The notes under the pieces: generated by a model | What the model was told of the DNA's origin: nothing | Databases searched by the model: none | What the model saw: the letters and a program-made list of their open reading frames with translations, nothing else | Source of the DNA: Styela clava | Taxonomy: Eukaryota | Direction: 5' to 3' | Assembly: GCF_964204865.1 (NCBI RefSeq) | Contig: NC_135257.1 | Span: forward strand, 8,742,001-8,806,000 | Length of the DNA stretch: 64,000 nt | Shown: positions 1 through 13,003 of the stretch, one piece after another | Layout of the letters: every line of letters starts with the position of its first letter | Numbering within the stretch: position 1 is the first letter of the stretch | Made by a program: the position numbers and the translations under genes

Positions 1-3000
1 CTTGGCAATACTTGTTACATGAATTCAACTGTTCAATTATTGAAGACAGTTCCTGAATTGGGTGATGCACTTAAACAGTAAGTAAATTATAGAGTTTGAA
101 ATCTGCAACATTTTTTTGGCTTCTCTTTTTCTTCCATTGAGAGTGAGAGACATTATTGCCATTTACGATTTTGTGTACTGTTTAGTCATGGTTGGAATTT
201 TATCTAAAATAGTGATAATTGAAGTCAAAATTTTCTGCAGAAACTCGAAAAAATTAAGTTGACCTAGTATTATAAGTCTATTAAAGATAGCACGCATAAA
301 TCAGTTTTCTTATCAATTGGAGCTGGATTCGTTGTCCTACTCTGAGTAAATGCAGGAACAATGCATTGTGCAAGATAGCACTTTAAACTTTATTCTCTTT
401 GTTTTCTTATTTTTCCATCTAATTATTTCAATTTTCTTTCTTCAGATTTAACGGCCAAGCTTTATCAAATATAGAGACAGATGTTTCTGGCTCTATCACA
501 GCTAGTTTAAGGGATTTATATTCTCAAATGGAAGAAAAGAAATACGCTGAAGTTCCTCCCTTGTTCCTTCTCCATTTACTTAGGAAGCAATGTCCTCAAT
601 TTGCTGAAAAGAATAATGAAGGACACTTTATGCAGCAGGTAAGCTTGAACTTTATTTGCTCATGTTTCATTTCTTATGTGTACACTGTACATCAGAGCAA
701 TTTAGTACTGAATTACTTTTGTTTTCTTATCTCATGAGTGTCCCGAATTTGTAAACCATGCTCAACATATTCAAACTTTAAAAGATGCAGCTCACGTGAA
801 CTTTGAAATTTAATTATCAAGGAATTGCTTGAGAGAACTCTCATACGAAAAAAAATGTTTTTAAAAAATGTCTTTTTCTGCCTATACTCAATAGTGTGAC
901 AGTCAGTGTACTGTTAGGAACCAACTAAAAGAAAAAAAGAGGTAGTTTTTTATGTGCCTATCGATCTGTACATAACCAAGAATATTATCATATTAGGATG
1001 CTAATGAATGTATTATGGAAGTCATGAGAATCCTTCAACAGAACTTAAAATCAACTGGAAAAAGGAAAGATTTTATTGATCAATTTTTTGGAGTTGATTA
1101 TAGTGTAACGTAAGTATCTTTGTTCTAAATCATAATCCTCAACAAAGATTAGATTTTTGGTGAATTTCTTTGGCTATAATGGTGGAAATTACTAGGAAAT
1201 ACTGACAATAAATGTATATTTACATATTATCATGAATACAGTTCACAGTAAAAAATACCCGTATTTGGCTATTAAATAAAGAGTAGATTTTTATCTGCTT
1301 ATCTGAATGGATCAAATTTTTATACTCACTTATTGATGGGAAAATTGATGATGGGATTTTATTCATTTTTCAGAAGCTACACTTTTTGTTTTATGTCTAG
1401 AATTTTATAAACAATATTAGAATGTTATATTGCACTTCACACTCTTTTTTGTTGTGTCCTGTATTCTATACTGAGAGCGATACATGAAATATATAAAAAG
1501 AATTTCTTATATTAATTTAAATTTTATTGTGCAATTGGTCATTACTGATTAGGGGGTGAGTTTGCTGCTCAAAATTAAGTACCATTTTGAATTTGTGTGA
1601 GCCAAAATGATGTCAGCCCATAGCACTCTCACACATGATAATTGATTGAAAAAATAAAGCTTGGAAATTTCTTTCTTACAACAAAAATAATGACAAATTT
1701 CATAGAATGAAATGCAAAGACGAGGAGGCAATAGAAGAAGCTGAAACAAAATTTCCAGAATCATCTCTTCAAGTTAATTGTTTTATATCGCAAGAAGTTA
1801 AATACATGATGACTGGAATCAAATCCAAACTTTGTGAAGAAATAACAAAGCATTCACCCTCTCTAGGAAGAGATGCCAAATATCAAAGAGAGGTAAATAT
1901 AACAATGAAAAACATAGTTCAGAAAATACCGTTGGAATGCCAATTATTAACTATGTCTATAACGTCTTCCATTCATCAATTATTCTTTCATGATAACTTA
2001 ATACACTTTGACCAGACGAGTTTATCATATTAACAAAATCTAAAGTCTTAAGTTCAAAACTCACTGAAGTTGTGGTCAGGGATGGCCGAAAACTGAAAAT
2101 ATATCATTCTGAATATATTCTAAAATAATATTTGCAAATGTAAAATATTGAATGTATCCTATTTTAAGTCATGTTGAACAGAAAAGTTGAAGAAGTTGTT
2201 GTTAATTCATAGAAATTTATATGAACAATGCAGAATAGGCGAAAAAAACATTGTCTTCACTGAGTTTTTATGATTTCCTATGTAAAGTGAAGTCTATTGT
2301 AATCAAGCTGTATTTTTCACTCCAAAATTATGTATATGCATTCGGTTTAGAATCTTCGAATTCATTTCAACCTCATTATATAAATTGCTTTTAACTTCAT
2401 TTTATATAAACTTTTCAGAGTAAAATCAGCAGATTACCATCATATCTTTGTATCCAGATGGTCAGATTTTTTTTCAAAGAAAAGGGAAACATAAACGCCA
2501 AAATTTTAAAAGTATGAAATATTAAATTTTTTATGTGTCATATCTATTCACTTTTCGCTCTGGACAAGGACTTGCTGATATGTAAGGGACTGGAATTTTT
2601 CCTGCTGGGCATTGCCTCCCCCAATTCATTACACACTGGGTGAAGTATTGGGCATGGGATTCAAACCAGATATTTTAACCTATGATGACATCATAGTTGA
2701 GTCCCTCCAGGCCAACTGTATTGAGATTATATCTGGTTGTAGCACTTATATATTGAAGCAATAGTCAATGGAAATTGTTTTCACTGATAACTATCATCAG
2801 CATGTAACTGATGTATGAAGCACAGAAATGTAGTGTTTAGCTAAGGACTGGCCCAAATTAAATTCTATCACAATAAAAATTTTAAAATCTATTGGGTGGA
2901 ATTATAAAGGGAATAAGCAAATTAAGGGGATAAGCAAATCAGTGTATAAGTATATAGTATTTCAATACTATCCTTTAACATATTATTATACACAGGATGT

Positions 3001-4888
3001 GAAGTTTCCAATGACTTTTGATATGTATGAATTGTGTACTCCTGAGTTACAAAACAAGTTGAGTCCAATGAGAGAAAAATTTCTTGCAGAAGAAGAGAGA
3101 AAAAATGAAGAAAAAGCTGCAATCAAGTTAAAGGGAGGAGATGCATTAGCAAATCTGAAACAAGAGAAAAAAGATGTGGAATATGAACGTTATGACTTTG
3201 AAAATGGTAAGAAATATAGTATAAATGAGATCTACTAGATGTGACTCGAATGGTATTTATAAATTTCCTGCGTTTTGATACCAGAAGTTCTGTAACCAAT
3301 TATCTCTGAATGAAAGATTCGAGGCGCAGTGGGTTCAGGAAGTTATAATGATAAGGAAAGCCGATTATACGGCTTAATCATATGGTGAACCACGACATCT
3401 TGTCCGGTTATCAGTCCATGTCGGGTATGGGATTAGTTATCCAGTTATTCGTTTTCAGATGCATGGACTTGATAAGGCTCCAAATACACTGTATAATACA
3501 AGGTTTCTCAAACTGAGGGCATGGAGCAGTCATTTGCAACTGTACTTTGTTTAATTCTCTGACTACCATTTGTTGGCTTTTATTATTCAAATCTCATGAG
3601 TGAAATAACTGATGGAAAGCCATTGAATAAGTGCCACAGAGTGTTGAGTCTCTGAAAGGGGGGCACAGAATGTAAAAGTTAAGAGCCACTGGTATAATAC
3701 GTAACTTTTGACATAACAAAATAAAGCCCATTCATTCCTCCAGAAGTCACATCTGATGGAAAGATTAATCAAATTAAATTTAGGATACCCGATATGCATG
3801 CTGCCACTTGACTAACCATAGCCGTGAGACCAGCCATATCACATCTTTGCACTTTCAGATCCTGGATCATCCAATAGTGGTTATTATGAACTTCAAGGTA
3901 TTGTAACTCATCAAGGAAGGTCCAGTTCATCAGGACATTATGTAGCATGGATTAAAAAGAAAGGAGGTATTGTATCTCCCATTTCAGTTTTTCCCCTTTT
4001 TTATACACTAGAATAAGTTTTGTGTGATTAGACTATTGTACGTGGTAACCTCCATTAAGATGACTGTGTGGTTCAAAATCTTTTAAAATGGTTAGTTTTA
4101 TATGGTTGGAGAACAACTTCATGTACCTCCATAAGTTAAGAAATGTTGGCTTTGTGTTTTCAAAATCTGATATTTAGAGAATGCTTTAGTCCAGGGTTTC
4201 CCAAACTGGGGTTGTCTGTGATGATTGCACAGGGAGTCCGCAACAATATGAAAAGAGTCTGTACCTTTATGTGTGAGGCAGCATTTCTAGATTTTATCAG
4301 ACTTGACGTAGAGTCGGACCAAGGAGTTCGCTTGTCCGAGAATTGATAAATTGTGCAGTGAAAAGCAACCTCATGCATCACATTAATGTTGTTGGTGTTG
4401 TAAATAAAAAATTCATCTTTCCTCGTTGGTTAGGCACAGAAATTGATATGACATGGGATGTGGGGGTCTATCAAAACTAAGCTTCACAAATGGGGGTCCG
4501 CAGCCGAAAAAGTTTGGGAAACCCTGCTTTAGTCAATAATACGCAAAAAAGAAATAATTGCAAAAAGGAAAGGATTGCCAACTTTTTCTAATCTCTCTGT
4601 CCTTCATTAATTCTACCTTTTTCCACAACATACTACTTTATTGTTCCTACTATACTAAACGTTAAGAGAATATCCTTCTATATTTCTACAGATGATTGGT
4701 TGAAATGTGATGATGATACTGTGAGTCCTGTTAAAGGTGAAGATATTTTGAAATTGTCTGGTGGAGGCGATTGGCATATTGCATATGTGTTATTGTATGG
4801 ACCTCGAAGACTGGAAATTCATCAACCTGCAAAAACTGATTCAACAACAGCTGAAACTCCAATTTCTATGGAAACTGATACTAATTGA
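1..4888 (+). CDS. USP14: Ubiquitin carboxyl-terminal hydrolase 14 (USP14/Ubp6), 3' part; 5' exons lie outside the window
   Basis: Exons 1-77, 446-638, 997-1109, 1706-1892, 2419-2511, 2996-3206, 3859-3966 and 4692-4888 join in frame through GT-AG introns. Motifs: Cys box LGNTCYMNSTVQ, QQDANEC, SRLPSYLCIQMVRFF..KILKDVKFP, His box HQGRSSSSGHYVAW and the USP14-type end LKLSGGGDWHIAYVLLYGPR. AATAAA at 5121. Confidence 0.96.
2078..2372. mobile_element. Degenerate hAT-type MITE remnant in a USP14 intron
   Basis: Starts CAGGGATGGCCGAA and has GAATA/TATTC subterminal motifs. The right end is eroded and no TSD is visible. Confidence 0.35.
2625..2715 (-). mobile_element. Degenerate tRNA-derived SINE fragment
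   Basis: GGGATTCAAACC is the reverse complement of a Pol III B-box (GGTTTGAATCCC). It shares ACAC.CTGGGTGA with the element at 62160-62260. Confidence 0.4.
3360..3475 (-). mobile_element. Partial copy of the SINE at 5205-5526
   Basis: ATATGGTGAACCAC...TCTTGTCCGGT.A.CAGTC.ATGTCGGGT...AGATGCATGGACTTGAT aligns with 5256-5353. Confidence 0.8.
3499..3690. mobile_element. hAT (Buster/Charlie-type) MITE
   Basis: Imperfect TIRs CAAGGTTTCTCAAACT...AGTTAAGAGCCACTG. Perfect 8-bp TSD GTATAATA at 3491-3498 and 3691-3698. Confidence 0.85.
4192..4526. mobile_element. hAT (Buster/Charlie-type) MITE
   Basis: Perfect 16-bp TIRs CAGGGTTTCCCAAACT / AGTTTGGGAAACCCTG. Perfect TSD CTTTAGTC at 4184-4191 and 4527-4534. 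Confidence 0.93.
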
Positions 4889-5204
4889 ATCAGAAATAGT
4901 TAAATAGTGGTCTAAAACATTCCCAATGGTTTTGTTAGCATCAGTCATAGCAACGTAAGATTGGAAAGTTGTCGATATATAGCACCTATTGTGCAATTTG
5001 GTTATAACTTAGTGACTAAGCAAAGCTGCTAAATTATTAATATACATTTTGATAGACCTAGGTAATTTTTGTATGAAATTTTTCGTCTATGAAAGTTCAA
5101 TTGTGGAAATGTTTTCGTTCAATAAACCTATCGTCAGCGAAATCTGAAAATGTAATTCGAGTAGTTCATTTAAAATCCAAAATGGGCTCGACTGTAGTAG
5201 AGCG

Positions 5205-5526
5205 ATGAATTCGGTTATATCAAGGCGACAAGCGATATTAGAGGCCGTAATCATAATATGGTGAACCACTGCCTCTTGTCCGGTAACCAGTCAATGTCGG
5301 GTGGTTAAGGAATTAATCATGTGGTTGTTTATTTTGAGATGCATGGACTTGATGGTGGAGGAATCCGTGACCGACTGGCGGTTACGTGACCAACCATACG
5401 GCGGTGAGGAGTCCAGCGATCCTCTCGCCCATATTTAACCCCGCATGGGATGCGAACCCACAGCCTACAATCAGAGGTGCGGTGGCGAACGTATTCCTAA
5501 CGATTAGCGCGATGCGCCACGCCGTC
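5205..5526 (-). mobile_element. tRNA-derived SINE, near full length
   Basis: The minus strand begins GACGGCGTGGCGCATCGCG (A-box-like) and has B-box GGTTCGCATCCC (5447-5458). The body is CpG-rich and repeated at 3360-3475. The 3' boundary is approximate. Confidence 0.82.
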
Positions 5527-7622
5527 TAGCCAACGGTTTTTGTTGGGCAGTAGATTGAGTTACAGTCTGAGACTGCCTTGCTAATCGTACTTCATTTATG
5601 CAGCCATGGGGCACATTCCAACCATTGCCTTGGTCATTCAAAGACATTGTGTGTTATTTATTATTATGAATCCAGAGCAGAGAGTGCATCGAGAAAACGC
5701 CTTTTAATTCTTTCATTGAGCATTTCTGGTGATATTCACTTGCGTGTTCCCTCAAGATAAATAGACTAATATAATGGAACTGCCAGGTGTTTTGTTTTGT
5801 ACACCCCCCCTCACTGTTGTGGAATAATCCCCAACTGTAACTATGCTTGATAGTGTGCTTGCTATCTACTGTGTTAAGTTCTGAATGCCTGGATTTAACG
5901 ATAATTTGCCCGTTCTGATCTCTATGATGGGTTAAAAATTATGGTTTATAAAAAACTGAAACATTGCATAGTTTCATAGAGCATCCAATCCTAATAAGTA
6001 AGGTCTCTGTAGAATTAATTAATTAGTTTTATGGCAGCACCCTCATCATTCCCAATAATTTCTCTTAAGCAAAAAAGAAGATTGTGTGATTAAATAATTT
6101 TACTCTACGCTTTATCAACTACAAGCACACAATATAATTAACACTAATTAAAATGTTGAATTGAAAAAAAAAATAATTATAAAACGCTGGTTTAATCGAT
6201 ATGGTTATATAATTGCACAATTAGCTGTTTGTATGCTTCCACAATGTATATTAGAATTCTATAAATTACCCACAAGATATATATAACAGCGTTAGGATGA
6301 AGACTACATAAAACTGAAAAAAAGTTATGCTTGAGACAAAAGGGCTACAAAGAAAGGCAGTCAATGGGACATATATTAGGTCACAGTAGCTTATTAGCAA
6401 TTTTGAGATTTCAAAGTCATTTTTGTGTCTCATATAAACTTTGTTTTTTTGTAAATTGTGGTATTAAATATACCACTATTACTACAACACAATTCTAATG
6501 TTCAAAAATTTTCTGGCAATAGTTTACATATTTCAAAATATTATAGTGTCTCTGGCAGGAAAGTTTCCAACAAAGATAATTTACTTAGTCATAAACATTG
6601 TGTAAACACAATGTGTTGAAACATTATTAAACCATCGAGATAATGGTGTCTGGTGACAGGCAAATCACAAGGCTGTAGGTAATGGGATACAGTTGGAATT
6701 TCTCTTGGTTTATATTTAATTCTTAATCAATTCTAAATTCTTCAAGGTAACATATATAAACTGAGCCATAAAACTGCTGCTTACAATTTCACATTACCTA
6801 TTCACGTAAAATAATGCTGGTGGAATTTGTTAAACACTTGTGCTGACATAGAAGGGAAAATTCATCTACTTCAAAGAATGAAAATACAATCAGATTCAAA
6901 AACATAATACAAAAACTTAAGCTAAATTCAGGTAAACTTATAAATTGAAGATTCGATAACATTACAACAGTAAAGCAATAATTCTGTGAACTGAAGCAAA
7001 ATATGCAATAACAACAGGTTACTGAGCTTACTATTATTAAAGGGAACTTGAATGAACCAATACAAATAAAATGTTATCATAAACTATATAAATGCTGTTA
7101 TAATAATTCTTAACATGATATAAATTCAATTGACAGGCACAAACGATAGGGTAAAATAAAGTGTTATACTAAGGCTACCAAGGTCTCATTAAAAGTATAG
7201 TTGCCCACCATAAATTATTTAAATACCTCAATCACTTTTTTTCTTGCTTTGAGCAATACCAACTACCCAGTATATACGATTCACAGATGAACTGGAACCA
7301 TGAGTATTACACAGAATCGAAAGGTTAATGATATATAGGAAGCATTAATTCACTACCGGATTGAGTCCTTTGTCCCTATCCTCATAAGTTAATTGCTGTA
7401 CCGTTTTATTTATACTCCTTCATTCAAACAGTATCGAAAATATAAAAAATAGTGCAGTAATACTTCAGAAATCAGAATCTTCTTCAAATTTTTAAAGACT
7501 CAAAATCAAAGTGCAAATACTAATTACCGTAAGTTAGCGAATATATGTATATATTTTTTAAACATGATTTCTCAAATTTTGTTATGAGGTCACTATTGAA
7601 AGTCGTAAAGTGGAGTGAATCT

Positions 7623-9359
7623 TTAGTTTCCTGTAGACTTTTGTTGTTTGAGCCTATGCTCCGTTGCATGAATCCTCATTTGCAATCTATTTTCAAAATC
7701 ATAACCTTCATATCCATCTTTACAATGCCTCAATATTTCAAGACCTTTTTGCTTCATACCTGGTTTTTCAATCAATATTGAAGCAAGTTCATAACACGCA
7801 TATGGTGCTATGTGACCATCATCAAAATCCCTGTCTGATACCTTCATCGCTGTGCGGAAACATTCGATAGCTGCGTCTGTATTTCCAAGGCTGTTATGTA
7901 AACCACCAACAATAAGATTTTTGAGTCCATTTAAACTTGGGCTAGTAATTTTAGCACATTCATCGAGAATTTTATTGAGAGATTCTTTAGTGCAGTTTGG
8001 AAATGCTCTCCAAAGATATAATAATTCGAGGATGTAAATTAATAAAAACTCATATGTTGCAGGGGTTTTAATAAACAAAAGTGCTTTACGAACAATATAT
8101 ATTTCCAATTGATTCGATTTTATTTTCATTGTTTTGGGAACTTCGATAAAAAGCTTCATACACTCAACTTTATCATCAGTCATGCCACTCATGAGAGCAG
8201 TCAGGTAAGTGTAGTAACACACTGACCATTTTGATTCATTTTTTAGCATGATAAAATATTCGAGAGCCTTCGCCCAGTCAAGTTCCATTAAACTACACCA
8301 TCCAATTTCATACGCACACATTAATTGGAATTCTCGCTGATCTACACCGGCATCATATGCTAATTGAAAAGATATCAACGCAGTTGAGATATCACATTTA
8401 CAACGTTGAATTCTTCCCTTGAAAAACAACACAAAAGATGACTTTGGATACACTGGTTCATGCTTTGCCATGATAGCTTCAGCCACTGGTATTCCAGAAT
8501 CTGCTTTATCGCCATCAACAGCAAAGAATGGTCGTACAACAGTGTGGTACCACAGCAAAGCCAACATAGCAAGAGGTGCTTTCATGTCCTCACTTTCGCT
8601 GGCACTTTGCAATGCTTCCAGTCCAACTTCTCTATCACCATGGAAACCGATTAAATTCACAACTTTGAGTAACTTTTGTGGAATGAGGGACACACACAAA
8701 TTGAAGAGACCAAAACCAAAACTAACAGACCCATATAATCGTTCTAATATTTCTTTTGATATACTTTTAGCCTGTTCTTTTAACTTCAAATCATTTGAAG
8801 ATTTTGTTTCCCTAGTAGAACCCTGCGGCTCGGCCTGTGAAACCTTTTTCAGTAGAGATATTTGTTCATATGTTTTTTCATATATTTTCCAGGCTTTGCG
8901 CAAGGTCCATCCACCTTTAATATATCCGGTGATGTCCTGCTGAATGAAAGAAATGAGAGCTAAATAAAGATGACAATCTGCAATAATAATTTTGTTTTGA
9001 AGAACCTTTGAAAGTGGTAATTGGGGTCTCTGTGCAGCCTTTTTGGAAAATTTTGATTTTATTGCATTTAAAGTCTCATCTGGAATATTGCAAAGTTTTT
9101 GTGTTGCTCTGAGGTCATTTGATGCCTGTACCAGCCTTTCGTCTTCAAATGTCATCATCCCGTTTAAAAAACTGAAGAAACTTGCACCAGCGCTCATTTG
9201 TGGGCTTGTTGTTTTGAACTTATTGAATAGTGCTTCTGCCTCTTTAAATCCATTATTAAGCATCAGTTTTATTCCTTCCAAGGCAATCAAATGATCATCA
9301 AAATTATCTGGCATAGCACAGGCTCCATTTTCCATAGAGTTATGTGCAGAAGCATCCAT
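7623..9359 (-). CDS. TTC39C: Tetratricopeptide repeat protein 39C (IML2/DUF3808 family), single-exon CDS, 578 aa
   Basis: Uninterrupted ORF. TTC39C-type motifs: GIKLMLNNGFKE, ASFFSFLNGMMTFE, YIKGGWTLRKAWKIY, GFHGDREVGL, DMKAPLAMLALLWYHTVVRPFFA, YEIGWCS and the C-terminal GYDFENRLQMRIH. Confidence 0.95.
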   Translation of the reverse strand: MDASAHNSMENGACAMPDNFDDHLIALEGIKLMLNNGFKEAEALFNKFKTTSPQMSAGASFFSFLNGMMTFEDERLVQASNDLRATQKLCNIPDETLNAIKSKFSKKAAQRPQLPLSKVLQNKIIIADCHLYLALISFIQQDITGYIKGGWTLRKAWKIYEKTYEQISLLKKVSQAEPQGSTRETKSSNDLKLKEQAKSISKEILERLYGSVSFGFGLFNLCVSLIPQKLLKVVNLIGFHGDREVGLEALQSASESEDMKAPLAMLALLWYHTVVRPFFAVDGDKADSGIPVAEAIMAKHEPVYPKSSFVLFFKGRIQRCKCDISTALISFQLAYDAGVDQREFQLMCAYEIGWCSLMELDWAKALEYFIMLKNESKWSVCYYTYLTALMSGMTDDKVECMKLFIEVPKTMKIKSNQLEIYIVRKALLFIKTPATYEFLLIYILELLYLWRAFPNCTKESLNKILDECAKITSPSLNGLKNLIVGGLHNSLGNTDAAIECFRTAMKVSDRDFDDGHIAPYACYELASILIEKPGMKQKGLEILRHCKDGYEGYDFENRLQMRIHATEHRLKQQKSTGN

Positions 9360-9691
9360 TTTGACAAATAGATGTATAATACTTGATCATTGAACACAAC
9401 TGACCATTCTACTAAAAATTATATTGATATGGAATTAATTATGCAGAATTAGTAATATTTATTGCATAGATTTATTCTGTAATCCAACAATCAAAATTAT
9501 AAACATTAACATATAAATGATACAACCCTCAATTCGCAATATGAATACATGCAAATTTTTGTCTGACCATAACTGCTATGATAAAACAGTCAAACATACT
9601 GACATATGCATATCTCACGAGATCACAGTGCAGTGCTTTTGGGAATTGGGGTCACAGGGTCAGTTATGAATGTATCAAATTCAGTCTAGAT

Positions 9692-10220
9692 CAGGGGTTC
9701 TCAACCTGGGGTTCGCGAACCCCCAGGGGTTCACGAGAAGATTTCCAGGGGTGCTTGGATGACAGTCGAGTTTTTGTATGTTGCTGTTTTTAATATCCTT
9801 GATTACTACCATGGGAAAATGCGTATTCATTGAAACTAGACGCCAATTGAAACGTAGATTTTGCCTGATCTTGCGTTGTCGTGATTATGACGCAACAATC
9901 TGAAATTTAAGGCTTTGCGTACAAACTGTGAAATCTCTATAAACACTAAACAGCGTGCTGCGAGCATTGGAGAAGTGATTATGATTATTGTAACTTGGGA
10001 GAGATTTTAAGAGTTCATTATTTAGGCAGACGACAATGGCAATAATATCAACAAGACGATTTAATTTAGTTTCATATGGTCAATAAATTGGTGTTGCAAC
10101 AAATTGTTAGTTAATATATCAGTATATCACAACTTTGTTCGGTGTCAGATTACCGGGGGTTCGCGTTGATTGTTTCGTGACTCGGGGGGTACTTGACAGA
10201 AAAAAGGTTGAGAACCCCTG
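9692..10220. mobile_element. hAT (Buster/Charlie-type) MITE
   Basis: Perfect TIRs CAGGGGTTCTCAACCT / AGGTTGAGAACCCCTG. Perfect TSD GTCTAGAT at 9684-9691 and 10221-10228. GGGGTTC subterminal repeats. Confidence 0.94.
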
Positions 10221-10616
10221 GTCTAGATGCTTTTATACATCAAATTACAGAGAGAGAGAGTGTTTATTATTTTCTCAACCAAAATACAAATAAATATTAT
10301 AACCAAAGTTACTCCAGCCCACACTCAGCCTGACGTAGACTGGGAGATAGCGATACAATCAATGGTCATTGAAGTCAGCCACTACCAATTCCAACCAATT
10401 AATTATTGAAAAAATAATAAATCAACCGTCGACTAGCTAACTACCCAGAAATATATTTGAACAGTATACTCTCAATACAAATAGTAAACATTTGAAGGAA
10501 AAAGGGGTACACAAAAAACAAGTGAATAGTAGAAAATTACTATAGGTACTTAAGTAAAAGGATAAAAGATAGTAAGGAAATAGTGGCTATGGGACAATTA
10601 TATGATGGGTAATTAC

Positions 10617-11164
10617 TAGGGCTGGGAATAGTTAACCGGTTAACTGATTTTAGATGGTTAACGGTTACGATTTATTTTAACCGTTAATTGACATCTCAGG
10701 TACAATTCATCTTTATAATGCACAATTTCTTCAAAAATGATTACGTCATCGCAAATTTATCTCATGTGGCATTTAATTCAAAAGAATATCACTTACTGTA
10801 TTGGTAAGGATCCAATAAATGTGAAAAATAATTGAAGTACCAAGATTGCTGATTATGAAAACGATAAATTCAGAATCAGTTTTCGGTCAAAATATATTGT
10901 TCACGATTTTATTGCAAAATCGTTTATTCTATGTCATCCAACAAGTGTGCAGTTGATGCTGTTTTTCTTTATGATATCTCAGAGTAGGATTTGCACGTCG
11001 AATTTGTCATATAAATGACATTTTTAATAACGGATTCGGGTAACCATTGTGACGTAACATGCTAAAATTATAAATTATCACGTCAAACGTGGTCACGCTG
11101 CGGTTAACCGGTTAATTTTACTCGGTTAACGGTTGAAATGTTTTCCCTGAAATTCCCAGCTCTA
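10617..11164. mobile_element. hAT-like MITE with GGTTAAC(CGG) subterminal repeats
   Basis: TIRs TAGGGCTGGGAAT / ATTCCCAGCTCTA, with GTTAACCGGTTAA and GGTTAACGGTT clusters at both ends. No clean TSD. Confidence 0.8.
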
Positions 11165-11822
11165 GTACAGTAGTAATTCACATGTTTTTCTCATTATAGA
11201 GTTATAAATTATTATCATTACATGCTAGTAATCTCTAACAAGAGAATTTCGATTTTTTTTCAAATATTACCTATGTAGGAAGCCAGGAATTTTATTTCAA
11301 ATTTTTGCACCAGTGAACTTGACTGATTTTTATGAGTGTCAGCTCTTGGGATAAAATATGATTTTTCTGACCAATATCGTGTATTTATACGAATACTTGC
11401 TGCCGGTACCGGTACCTACTGCAATCGGCGAAATATGACGCAAACATTACATTTCAATATATATCTAATATTGCCATATGATTTCTATGCCATCTTAATT
11501 TAGCTGAACTGAGAAATCTCACTACATGCTATGCTATAAAAACTAAACAGCTGTCAGTTTTATCTCCAATCACGGCAGCACGGAGAGCGAATACTGAAAT
11601 ATGGCAAATAAGTTAACCAACAGTCCATGCGATCATGACATCTGCCCGTCTGCTTATTTTTCAGATCGTGAATCATCAATTTTAGGACTACTAAGAAAAT
11701 ACCAGGAAAATATCAATTGATCGCGACACTACCATATTTTTGAACACGAAATGGTTCTATTGATCTTAATCATTTTGCTGAATCGTTGTTGCGGTTGTGG
11801 TTACTCATTTTAGCGGCCATGG

Positions 11823-13003
11823 TCCGCAAGCATCACTCCACTGCTATGGCTGCTAATGTTTTGGTACACAAACTGACCAAGGCCTTTGAAAGCAAACAAC
11901 ATGCAATTGGAATATTTCTTGATATTTCAAAAGCTTTCGACACCATTGACCATTCCATCCTTTTAAGTAAGCTCTATCACTATGGAATTAGATTCGTCCC
12001 ATTCAATTGGATCAGGAGCTACCTGCAAGACAGGAAACAAATTGTGCAATATGACAACTCATTCTCTACAAATATTTGTGTCATGAAGCACGGAGTTCCA
12101 CAAGGATCTTTACTTGGTCCATTATTTTTTCTAGCTTACATTAATGACATGTTCAGGTGTCTGAAATCCTCTGAGTCGATCATGTTTGCTGATGACACTG
12201 ACTTGATTCTTCATGGGAAAAACCTTGAAGATCTACTCACAGTTGCAAACCAAGAACTAACCAACATTCATAGCTGGATGTTGGTTAACAAATTATCTCT
12301 TAATGCTAACAAAACTAAATTTGTATTATTCCACCCAAGCAAGCATAAAAGTGTGAGTTGTTCAAAACCACTACTGCTCAATGACAATGAAATTGAAAGA
12401 GTGAAAGAAATAAAATTTCTAGGAGTTATCTTTGATGAAAATCTATCATGGAAATCACAAATGTTGCATGTTATTGGTAAAACAAAAAGGAACTTGGCAG
12501 TTGCTGCTAAAGTATCCCAGTGCGTTAATCAATCAGCTTTACTAGCAATGTTTCAATCTCTACTACTAAGTCATATCCGATATTGTAGCTCAGTCTGGCT
12601 CCATGGTAATAAAACACTTGTCTCAAAATTGCAAAGCATTTGTAATAATTTTTTAAGAATTGTCTTTAGGAAAAGTAAACGTGAAAGCGTAAATCATGTC
12701 TATAAATCGCTAAATATACTCAAGGTTGAAGACATAATGAAATTTGAAGTATTATCATTAGTTTATGATTTTCATGACAACTCATTGTCAAACTGCTTTG
12801 ACGACATACTAACCAAAACCACCTCCAATCGAAGAAGTAATTCCAATTTATTTATACCGTTTATGAGTAAATCTGTGAGCCAGCATGCCCTATGCTATAA
12901 TGGACCTAAGCTATGGAACTCTCTCCCCTTGAATTTGAAGTTATTAAAATTCAAAAAATCATTTCAGAAACAAGTTAAGTCGTACTTGGTATCCAAATAT
13001 TAA
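11823..13003 (+). mobile_element. 5'-truncated non-LTR retrotransposon (CR1/L2-like): reverse transcriptase and C-terminal region, frame still open
   Basis: RT motifs RKHHST, FLDISKAFDTIDH, GVPQGSLLGPLFF, FADD, LSLNANKT, KFLGV, and the C-terminal GPKLWNSLP. No endonuclease domain. The first codons of the listed 11786 ORF appear to be flanking DNA. Confidence 0.93.

Noticed and set aside
2682-2787. Possible C/D snoRNA (ATGATGA...CTGA) in a USP14 intron
   Set aside because: No terminal stem or recognisable rRNA guide, and it overlaps a SINE remnant.
5440-5526. tRNA gene
   Set aside because: A and B boxes are present, but there is no cloverleaf and it continues into a repeated SINE body.
7545-9294. 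Plus-strand ORFs of 61-174 aa over TTC39C
   Set aside because: Antisense shadows of the real CDS with no recognisable motifs.
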